From Bispira polyomma (taxonomy: Eukaryota), in NCBI GenBank assembly GCA_965649765.1, contig OZ287749.1, positions 27,032,001-27,096,000 of the forward strand: DNA of 64,000 nucleotides. Direction: 5' to 3'. How positions within the stretch are numbered: the first letter of the stretch is position 1; the number at the start of each line of letters is the position of its first letter. Below the pieces are notes generated by a model. That model did not search any database and had not been told where the DNA came from. It saw only the letters and a program-made list of their open reading frames with translations. The position numbers and the translations under genes were made by a program. Shown piece after piece: positions 11,101 through 23,100 of the stretch.

Positions 11101-14100
11101 TGTCTGTTGAATAATTCAGTGAGAGTTACAAAAATCAACCCACTTCCCGACTACCGACCTACTTTGTGCTAATGTATGTAATATATTTGATAAACCTCAT
11201 GTTATCCAAACCAAACTTTGTGAAATTTTCTTCGACTCAAATTGCTAATTTTATAGTAATAGATGTTCTACTGACCATAGAGGTTCTACTGTATGGAGAG
11301 AAGAACCTCTATTATCCAAATATGTCAGGAGACCAATATTTCATTTGGATAATTAAATATTCATAAAATTTAAAAAAAAGAGTCCATTTATAGTATAAAA
11401 TAACTGAAAAATGCAAAATTGGGAGAGTAATATTTGGATAATATTAGTTGAGATAATAGAGGCGCCACTGTATTTATTTACTTTCAGCATGGAACTGCAG
11501 TGTACCTAAACCAGATCATGCCAGTGTTACATTCAGTGGGGTGAGGCCAGGTTCTATTGCCATGGTAACTTGTGACCCTAGTTATCACTTTGATATATCC
11601 AACTACAACAGAAGCTCTGAGTGTGAGCTGTGGGGGCTATGGTCAGATATTGGGCAGTGTACAGGTATATACTATAATAAGGATGTGTGTGAGGTCTGTG
11701 GTCAGATATTAGGGGGTGTACAGGTGAGTACTATGGAAAGGATGTGTGTGTGTGTGTGGGGGGGGGGGGGGGTCTGTGGTCAGATATTGGGCAGTGTACA
11801 GGTGAGTACTTTGAAAAGGGTGTGTATGGTCCCCTGTCACCTAGTGGTTAGGGAGTTGGTCTGGTGATCTGAAGGTCCCGGGTTCGACTCCTCGATTTAA
11901 TTGGTGGGTTAACATCCTTGAGCAAAGATCTGACCACATGTTTGCCTAGTGACTCAGATGGCCACTTAAAATGGCGGTCCTCTATCACTGGGTCCTATCC
12001 CCATTCGCAAGCTGAAGATCCCTGGGGATGTTGATAAATTGTCATCCTCAAGCGTCACCTCTCTCTCCAGTTCAGGGAATGACAGTAATTGAGGCAGTTG
12101 ACTGTTACAGTCAGGAAAGGGTTAATTAGTGCTTGGAAGTACTAGATGAAGGTAGATAAATGTGTATACATAACAATACCAATTACCTTGAAACAATAAA
12201 GTTCATTCACTGTTACACAGTGTTCAAGAGTAACAGTTCTTATTTCGATACCACACAGGAAGTTGTTCTTTAAATTTACCAAGGGTTTCTATGCAGCCCC
12301 TGGTAGGATTTCAACATATTTTTCCCTGTCATGTTATAAGGTCATCCTCTGGACTTCATCTTGTGTGCACGACTTTTTTTTGTGGAAGCATAAAATAATT
12401 TGGTGTTCCCCACTTATTTGTATTATCTGAAGATGATGTTGTGATCATGAGGTGAAATCTTTTATATGATCACAAGATTACTTTGTCCTCACCACTTAAT
12501 TACATCACCTTGTGAGCATGAAATGATATTTTGGTCATGAGGTAAAGTGATCAGCATGTCTTCATAAGTCTCGTAATTACGAGATAATATTGTGCTTACT
12601 AGATAATTCAATTAAGTGGTGATCACTAAATCATTTTGTGCTCTCATCACTTCATCTTAGATCATAGAGCCCGAATTATTATGACTGGAAAAACATTTGG
12701 ATGTCCTATTAGGGGCTGTGTTGGGTTCACAGGTGGGAAATATATCTTACCTGACCTTATTCCAGTTCCAATAAAGTGGCCGCAGTGGCCTAGCGGTTAT
12801 AAGTGTCTACTTTAAAATCACTGGCCTCTCACGTCTGGGGATCGAATCCCACAGATTCCTTCTTTATGTGAGGAAGTTTGTCAGGTACTTGCTGCAGGTC
12901 GGTGGTTTACAGTGTTTCACGATGGTTTCCCCCACCACTAATTCTAGCCATTGCAATATTGCCAAAGATGTTGAAAGTGACGTCAAACCCAAGTAAATTC
13001 AAATTCCATTACTAATAAAAGTACAATAATGTAGGTGTATTGAAACCATCTGTCTAGTTATAGAGTGTGCCCCACTGGACAGAGTTGACCACGGTCAGTA
13101 CAACACCAATAAAAGATTATTGAAACCATCTGTCTAGGTATAGAGTGTGCCCCACTAAACATAGTTGACCATGGTCAGTACAATACCAATAAAGTTATAT
13201 TAAAACCATCTGTCTAGGTAAAGAGTGTGTCCCTCTGGACATATTTGACCATGGACAGTACAATACCAATAAAAGAATATTGAAACCATCTGTCTAGGTA
13301 TAGAGTGTGCTCCACTAGACACTCTTGACCATGGTCAGTACAATACCAATAAAAGTACATTGTAACCATCTCTCTAGGTATAGAGTGTGCCCCACTGGAC
13401 CACGGTCAGTACAATACCAATAAAAGTATATTGAAACCATCTCTCTAGGTATATAGTGTGCCCCACTGGACAGAGTTGACCACAGTCAGTACAATACCAA
13501 AAAAAATATATTGTAACCATTTCTCTAGGCATAGAGTGTGTCCCTCTGGACAGAGTTGACCATGGTCAGTACAATAGCAGTAGCTGTACAGTGGGTGGTC
13601 ATCTGTCCCCAGATGGCTGCAGTCTGACCTGTGACACAGGATACTACATGGTAGGGGAGCAAGACAATCAGTGTCTGCCAAATATGGAATGGAGTCTGTC
13701 TGTACAGGCAACCTGTCAGGGTAAGTGACGGTGGTAGTAATAGTCTTTATCTTTTACTACAGTGAGGTTGTCTAAGTATCAGTGGTAGCCATACTGTCCT
13801 AAGTATCAGTGATAGTCATATTGTCCTAAGTATCAGTGATAGCCATATTATCCTAAGTATCAGTGGTAGCCATATTGTCCTAAGTATTAATGGTTGTCAA
13901 GTTGTCCTATGTATCAATGGTAGCCATATTATCCTTAGTATTAGTGGTTGCCATCTTGTCCTATGTATCAGTGGTAGCCATATTGTCCTAAGTATCATTG
14001 TTAGCCATATTATCCTAAGTATTAGTGGTAGCCATATTCTTCTTAGTATCAGTGTTAGCCATATTATCCTATGTATCAGTGGTAGCCATATTGTCCTGAG

Positions 14101-17100
14101 TATCAGTGATAGTCACATTCTTCTTAGTATCAATGGTAGCCATGTACGTCTAAGGTATTCCTATATTTGGCTAGAGTGAGGTTACATTAACACTAGATTA
14201 CACTGTATTGTGCATTGGCATTTGTTCTACTGTGGCCTAGTGGCTAACCCACTCACATATAGGAATGCAAAAGCTTCCATTATTCTATACAGGCAGATAC
14301 TGAGTGTCTTGGATGACCACATAAAATAGCAGTCTTCTGTCTTGTGGGTATGATCTCCCAAAGCAGGCTAAAGAACCTTGGGAGATTAAAAATAGGTCAT
14401 CCCCACATCGAGATCTTGCGACCTGTTTTTCATTTACCCATTTTGTTGACCCAGAACAACTGAAGACCTGTCTGTTTACACAGTTGCTTCCCACATTGAA
14501 TACTTGCTTTTCACACAAGTAGCACCCTTTTTAAGGTCAAGTGGACACTGTCCTTTTCTAGCACATCCATTCTGGGTATTCCCCTGTGAATTGATCCAAG
14601 TTGTTTATGCAGAGTTTTAAAGTGCCCTCATGGAGGGTTATTGTACTGAAAATATTTAGTCAGGTATTAGTTTATAAAATATTAATCATTTGGTGAATGT
14701 AATTCTTTCTTTATTTTTTTCAGTGTATGTATGTGATACTCTGCCAACATTATCCAGTAAGTAGATAAAACCTGCAATTTACTGTGGAAATAATTAGTAG
14801 CCCTGACAACGCCCATCTTTTTCTGTCATTTATATACAGTGGTTTTGGGTAATGGTGATCTGTAACTTATATATACTAGTTTTAGACAAAGTTATACTGT
14901 AATTTGCATAGTAGTCAAGCCATACTGCACTGACCTATATTTTTTTAACTATGGCCATAATGATATTGGTCTGTAATTTCTAGATGGTTGCTATGACCAT
15001 ACTGGTATTGGTTCTCTAATTTTAGATGGTAGCTATGACAATAATCATATTGTTCTCTAATTTTGGATGGTAGCTATGATTATTCTCTAATTTTGGATGG
15101 TAGCTATGACAATGATCATATTGTTCTTTAATTTTAGATGGTAGTTATGACAATAATCATATTGTTCTCTAATTTCAGATGGTTGCTATGACAACAATGA
15201 TATCTAATTTTAGACGGTAGCTATGATCACAATGATTATATTGTTCTCTAATTTTAGATGGTAGCTATGACAATAATCATATTGTTCTCTAATTTCAGAT
15301 GGTTGCTATGACAACAAAGATATCTAATTTTAGATGGTAACTATGACCATAATGATTATATTGTTCTCTAATTTTAGATGGTAGCTATGACCACAATGAC
15401 TGTACCACAGTGGGGAGAGAGTACAGTCTAGAATGCCATGGCCAGTGTGATCGAGGGTTTTATAGTGTCGAAGACACAGATTTTATCTGTACAGAACATG
15501 GCAACTGGAGCTCTGATAACTACACACAATGCCAAAGTAAGATGTTACAAATAACATTTTAAAAAGTGGAAATTATTCTTACCTCGCTTTAAATGACTGT
15601 AAATTGAGTCAAAATGTAGTAATCCAGGTTACTTTATCCCTAAGCAATAGAATTGAAGATTTTAGGTAGCAAATAGTGATGCAATAAAGTTAGCCCACAC
15701 CTGGGGATAACAAAAAAAAATAGATTATAAAAAGTCAGTATAAGAAATATAATAGAATCTCCATTTTGATAATACATTTTCATTATCAAAATTAAGTGGG
15801 TCTCAAAGTGTTTGGGTATATGTCACAATCAATATCATTGTTATTCTTTGACCTTCCATTTCCATGTCAAGTTCATTACAATAAAGTTAATATTTCTTTA
15901 AATTCTTGTTTGCTATTTTCATGAAAGAGTATCTAGATTTATTTATAAATTATCTTAAATTAACATAGGCAGAAATAAATTTAAGCAGTTATTTTATAGC
16001 TTGTACAGACTGCTACTGATATCACTTATAGGTATATATAGATTAAGTACATTTGTGTTATATTGTTTTGTCTTTCATTTGTTGTTTTTTTCTACATGCA
16101 AAAGAGTTTTGACAAAACCTTTATTTTATAAGCACCCTTTTTACAGCAGAACCTCTATTATCCAAATATATTTTGACAGCAAAATTTTGTTTAAATAATA
16201 AAATACTCACAACATAAATAAGTAATTTTCATTATAAAATATTAAGATAACATAGTTTTGGAGAGTGTAAATGAATTCAGAAAATCAAATAATTATTGTA
16301 AAAATAGAACATTCTTACATAACATTTATGTTGATATTTAAATATTTTTCAGTTTATCGCTGTTCTGCAATCCCTTCCGTAACCACCAACACAAAATGTT
16401 CCAACTGTACATTTCTGCCGACTGTACTAAATGCTGACTATAACCACTTGGACTGTGGTTATTCTGGCAGAAACTATGACTTCCTGTGCCAGGCATCCTG
16501 CAATATCGGGTATAATCTGATTGGTGACACAAACTTTCTGTGTGGTGACATGGGAAACTGGAACTCCACAGAATATCCCCACTGTCAATGTATGTTATTA
16601 TTACTTTATTTGCAATCATGTACACTAGTTGAAAATCATGTACAATTTAACCCCTTTATGTCAAACCTGAACTGATCATAAAAAATGCATGATACTTAAG
16701 CAGGATGCCAATATGAATTTTAATAGACTAAGTATTGAAACATTTTGCTACAGCCAGATTGTTAATTTTAATGATATTTTGCAAATGATTTAGGTATCTA
16801 TAATATGTGGAGTTTTTATTTCCATGCTTATTTTTTTGCAGTATTTTATTAACACCTGCTTTTAGATTTGTTTGCATTTTTTCTATTTACAGTGTAATTG
16901 ATTTTTTTTAAGGTTCAACTTAAAGTAGTTTAAATTTATGTGGTATTTGAGTTTTAACATCAGGGCCTGTATTCTCGAATGTATACTCAGCTTAAACTCA
17001 TACTCAACCCAAATCTGGATTCTCTATAACTCTTGATACAGTAAATATATCTAAAATCTGACTTAATATTTGAATTCAGGGTTCAAAGCTCTATTAAAAT

Positions 17101-20100
17101 AAATGGTCACAAGTATAGGTTCTTTCCATGTACAATGATTTCCAAATGACCTATATTTGAGTTGAGTATGAGTTTAAGCTGAGTATACGTTCGAGAATAC
17201 GGGCCGAGATATGTAATAAATATTAATACATGGGTGTTTAAACCCTACAGGTATCGTAGGTTATTATTTTTGTACTGATGGAAATGTTGGATCCAAGAAA
17301 TAATTTAATCTGACATTAATTTTGTTACTCTTGATATTAAGAATTATAAGCATTTTATTTTTGCATTCCTGTTTCTATAATACATCACAGCAATATTATA
17401 ACTTCAGCTTCCCCCTCAAAACCATACCTTTGGCATGGCTAACCGCTTGTTTCATTTCATTGTTTTTATCAAGCACAGCCTGATATTGTTTATACTCTGA
17501 AAAGGCCATGTTGGAAAGTGCCGTCATGTTGGAAATAATATGTGAGGCCTTCATGGATTAGTTGAAAGCAATCGACCAGGCCAAACTGAGGGGTGTCAGT
17601 TGATTAATATTTCTCAAACTGTGCGCTTGTGTCTTTTTTAAAATCTAATCTAATCTAATCTAGTCGTACTTTTATAGCGCTTAATCTTTGTACAACAAAT
17701 TCTAAGGCGCAACAAACCCAAAACGTTAATCGCAAATTCTTGTTACTTTTATCTTTTAGTAACCCACTGTGGAGCCCTACCTTCTCCACACAACGGTAGT
17801 TATATCCCTGAGAGCTGTCTCACTGAAGGGGCAGATTACCCACAGAACTGTACACTGTCATGTGACATTGGATACAGAACTGTAGGGACGGTGTCCTTGA
17901 CCTGTGCGACCAATGGTTACTGGAATGGTCTAAAAGGGGAGGAGCACTTACCGTACTGTAAAGGTAGACATAACCATCATGTCTAAATCTTGTACACCAA
18001 CACTAGTTATAGCTGAATTTATTTTTTATTGTCAGAAAATATAGATTGTAGAGTGCATATTTCTTCCAAGGTTTCCAGAAAGCCAAAAATTAAAAACAAA
18101 AATTTCAGTTTAAATTATCAGTAAACTGAATACCGAGTCAAGATATTAATTCAGACTTATGGAAACCTACCTTGTCTTCAGTTGCAGTTTGTGTAAGGAG
18201 AATTTATATTACTTAATATTTACTTGTATTTACTGTTACTGATTATTTTATTTTTATTTTTTAATTTTTTTTACTTAATTTATTTTTTGTAAGAGGATTT
18301 CTAAGTTTCATACATTTTCCACATTTGTTATCACCTTTTTGCTATTTCTGGGTACTATATCTATAATATTGGTAGCAGTAATGATTGCTTCTGTTCAGTG
18401 TAACCTTGCGTGTTTCTCACCAGTCGCTAGTTGCCAGCCCCCACCAGAAGCAGTGAATGCAGTGATTACAGCCCCACCTGCTCCGTACTACTTTGGCACA
18501 CATATCACTCAAAGCTGTGGTCAGGGTTACGAAACCTTGGTAAGTCATTAAAACAAAAAATTAATAATAATTGTAAAACACTTGTAAAGCACTAAATTGC
18601 TAAAATAGCCTCTAGAGTGCTGTTTCTCCAAAAAGTGGTAGTCCATTAACTCTTTTAACTCTACGCGAAAACTATCAACGGGAATTAAAAGGAATTTTAC
18701 GGGAATAGGTTACAGATAGCTGGAGTTACTAACACACACACCACAGACTACTGCCGGCATTTCATAACAGCCTCACCTATAGTTTTTTAAACGGTAAAAT
18801 CTGCTGTACTAACAATTTCATATTGCGAGGAACTAAAATAAAATAAATTCTAATTTTGAGGTTTCGACTGCTTGCCGATAGACATAGGTTCTAGGGGTAA
18901 CAAATGCCATCGACGACAACATATGGGTCAAAAAAGTTAAAGATAAAAGGTTGTCTATACCAGGGCAAATTGTGACTATGAAAGAGGGCAGGCAAGCCTG
19001 AACTAGTAGGTTTTCAATTGACTTCTACAACTAGTTGGTGTACTTTGGACTTTCAACGCGCCTTATTGATGTGCAAAAACAGAGTGGGTAAGCCAACAGA
19101 GAAGTCTAAAAACATAGCCAAGGTCGTAAGGAAGGATGTGGGACTGTACAGGGAAGGAAACAATGGGGGGGACAGTAGGTGAGATTGAAGTGATGGGTTT
19201 TAAGGTTTTTTCTAAACCCAGATAGTGTTTCAAGCGATCTTAGCTCACCTTGGAGACAATTCCATAACATAGGGGCAGCAATAGAGAAAGTTCTTGATCC
19301 AGCCCTGTTGGTGGGTCTTACAGAGCAAACAGAAAGCCTCTTTCCCCTTCTTAAGGTTACTGAAAGAAAGGAGCGCAGCAAGGTAGGACGGCTATTGAGA
19401 AATAACAGCTTTGAAAATGGTCACATACATGCACTTTAAACAGAATTTGATAGTGAATAGGAAGCTAATATAAATATTTGAGGTATGGTCAATAGAAATC
19501 AGAGAAAATACCAGGACGAAGATATAGGTAGCAAAACATTATATTTATATTTGCCCAGGTGGCAATACCAATAAGAACCCTATATAGTAGTACATTCTGA
19601 AGTATAAGATTTTTTGTGTCCCTTATAGTTTAAATAACAATGCAGTTGCAACAGATATACAGTATAACCTCTATTATCGGAATAAGTGGGGGGGTCTGGG
19701 GGGAGAGTAAGATTTTGTTTGGATAACAGAAGGTTCGTAGAATAGAAGAGGCATTTCTGTATGTAACAATAGGAAAATGTAAGGGAGAGTGGAAATGAGC
19801 TTAAAAAATCGAATATTCAGATAATAGAAGTTTGGATAATAGAGGTTCTACTGTATTAACTAAACTGTGGAGAGTGCCTACCTACAATAAAACCCTGTTA
19901 AGTTAAATCTAAAAGGACCATCAAAATTTGTTCTACTTAACAGAACTTCTACTTCTAAAATTTTAATTATAAATATAGCAATGGGACCTTAAAATAGATT
20001 CTACTTATCATCAGAGTACTACTTGATAAGGGGTTTGACTGTATGTCAAAAGTATTATTTCTTTGTGTGTATTCTATATATAGTCTGGTGACATAATTCG

Positions 20101-23100
20101 CTACTGCTTAACCAATGAAGAATGGAGTGGTGTGTTGGTGAACTGTGTCAAGGTCAAATGTGTCACTCCATTGTCTCCTGATCACGCTACACTTGTTGGT
20201 GCTGTCCAGTCTGAGTATTCCTTTGAAGATACTATAAGTTATACCTGCAATGAGGGTTATGAATTGGCCTCAGGATCTCTGACAAGAAGATGTACAGCTA
20301 ATAGAGACTTTAGTGATGCTTCCCCTGACTGCAAAAGTAAGATTTACCCATATAACGTTGCATAACACCTGATGTATCTATTTTTATTGTTTCCATTTGT
20401 GGTTGATTTAGCCTTTTGACGGGATTTTACCCAATAATTCGAAATTTAATTTTAATGTTCCTGATTTGACTCCTGGTTGCGGGAGTTGGTTTAGTTCCTA
20501 GTTTGATTCCTATTGATGTTGCTACGTTCATGGAGGATAACATCTTTCGGATAAAATGCTTAATAATTACAGGTAATAAACTGTTATAAAACTGTTATTG
20601 TTAGGTACTGGGGGGAGGTCATAACACAGCTCTAAACTGGGGTGATACATACAAAACCATCAAATTCTTTATATTATTATACCTCAACAGAGAATCGTGC
20701 AATATGATTGGCTAAGAAGTGATCACATGACACTCTATAAAAGTACAATTGTATAGCCAGCCCAAGTTATATTGTTACTTAAATAGCCCTCTGGTATTAA
20801 GATCTTAAATATAACCCTGTCATTTGTTATATGGAAGTCAGTGCTTCAAAACAAGAAGGGGGAATTTGCATCAACTTACTTCAGTATATTAAAAGCAATT
20901 CACAGACTTGTCATGGCATACAGGTCATATTTAGGGGGAAGTGTTAGATTGTTATTGGGAAAGCACATGGACTAGTGATAATATAAGAATATTATAGTCT
21001 CTACTTCAACTATTTTCGGGAAAATAAACAACTGCTCTCTAGAAGGTTGGGGTGTGAAGTACTTGGACCAAGTCAACTATAGCTGTACAGAGGGTTCTGT
21101 CCTAGACACAGTCAGATATTACTGTACTTGATGTTTGTATGTATCACCCCTTGTTTAGAGAAGCTGTGTTATGACCTGCCCCTTGTACCTCACTACTCCC
21201 TAGAAGATTGGGGTGTAGAGTACTCGGACCAAGTCAGCTATACTTGTACAGAGGGTTCTGTCCTAGATACAGTCAGATATTACCGTACTAGATGTTTGTA
21301 TGTATTACCCCTTGTTTAGAGAAGCTGTGTTATGACCTGCCTCCAGTACCTAACTCCTCTCTAGAAGGTTGGGGTGTAGAGTACTTGGACCTAGTCAGCT
21401 ATAGCTGTACAGAGGGTTCTGTCCTAGTGAGTGGAGACACAGTCAGATATTGCCTCCTGTCTAAAATCTGGAATGGTACGACTCCTACATGCAAAGGTGA
21501 GGACTTTATTTCTATAATTATTATGACCGCCTATTATAGTATTTTTTAAAGTTAAATTTTACTTTTATCAGCAACCCCCAAAATATAGTTTCTAGGTCAT
21601 AGTTATATTCTCATGTCTTGTCATTTTAGTATCCTTATTCTGTATAATAGATGGTAGAACTTGCACACTCTTGCATGATTTTTATTCACTGTGCACTTCC
21701 AATTTTTATAATTTATTTGATAAAATATTTAAATATAGCATCGAATTACAAATGCAGGGTTCTCGGTGGTGTAGTCGTAAAACACTCAGCTTGCACTTCT
21801 ATAGTTGTGAGTTTGAATCTCGCCCAGACATGTATGCTCTGATTTCCTACAGATGCCAAGGTAAAGGTGTTACTGTAAATATCTGTATGTTTACATTCTG
21901 AAGTTTCATCTATCTTCACACCCCCTACTGGATTATTGCACTTTGTCAACCAATTATTCACTCTCAGCTCTTAGTATTCAGATAATAGATGCTCTCAGTA
22001 TTCAGACAATAGATGCTCTTTTCCGTATTCACTAAAGTTCTAAAACTTAGAATAAGAAATTTTGGTATTCAATAAATTCTTATACTTAGAATTTTTGCTT
22101 ATTCTTAGAAACTTTTCTGAGAATGAGCTTTGAATCTAAGAATGGTCTACACCTTACTTAAGTTCAGAAAAACGCATGGCATTCTTTTGTACAACTCTTA
22201 GCTAATAAAATTCTTATTCTAAGAATAAGAATAAAAAATTCTTGGAATAGAAAAAATTTTAAGCATAAGAATGATTCTTATTCTAAGTATAAGAATGATT
22301 CTTATTCTAAGTATAAAAATAATTCATATTCAAAGTATAATAACTTTAGTGAATATGGCCCCAGCCTACAGAACCTTCTACTGTGACCTAGTGGGCAGCA
22401 AATGTATTGCTTTGTAATGCAGAAGACTTGGGTACAAAGACGTACATCCTGGCTCAGATGACCAATTAAGATGAACATGCGCTGTTATTGGGTCCTATCC
22501 CCAGTGGCAGACTAAAGAACACATATAAAATACTAGTAAATCTAGCAACTGACTAATCATCAATATGTAAATTAAAAAGTTTTACCCTAGCTACATTTAT
22601 ATGTTCATTAAAAATGTTGATTGTTGAGTACAATTCTTTTTCTTTTTGTACAATTCTTAGCTGAGCCAGAACACATAAGACTGATTCTCTAAGGCTGGTA
22701 TTGTAATTTCACTGTTAATAAACATATATTGATTTATTTATGTTAATGAGCAGAGATTGAGTGTCAGCTTCCACCTCAGTATGACAACACCACTGTACAT
22801 GTGACTGGTTTGGGGTATGGTTCAGAGGTGCATTACCAGTGTCAGTATGGGTTCGAACAGATTGCAGGTAACACAACCATAGTCTGCAGTGCAAAAGGAA
22901 GCTGGTTAGGGGAGCCTTTACAATGTCAAGGTATGTGAAGGGGACAAGCTGGAATTGTGTGAAGTATACTTTAGTCTAATTTTGGGTTTAACATGCCTTA
23001 ATCAACACATCTTGTGTCATATCATAATGGGCAGTAATCACAACAAGTTGCTATAATAGTTGGTCAAGGTTTTCTGCTTTGTGATGTTAAACCTAAACTA

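Noticed and set aside
17642-17662. (aatct)n as an interstitial telomere repeat
   Set aside because: It is attached to a LINE 3' UTR also seen at 44932-45013, so it is a retroelement tail.
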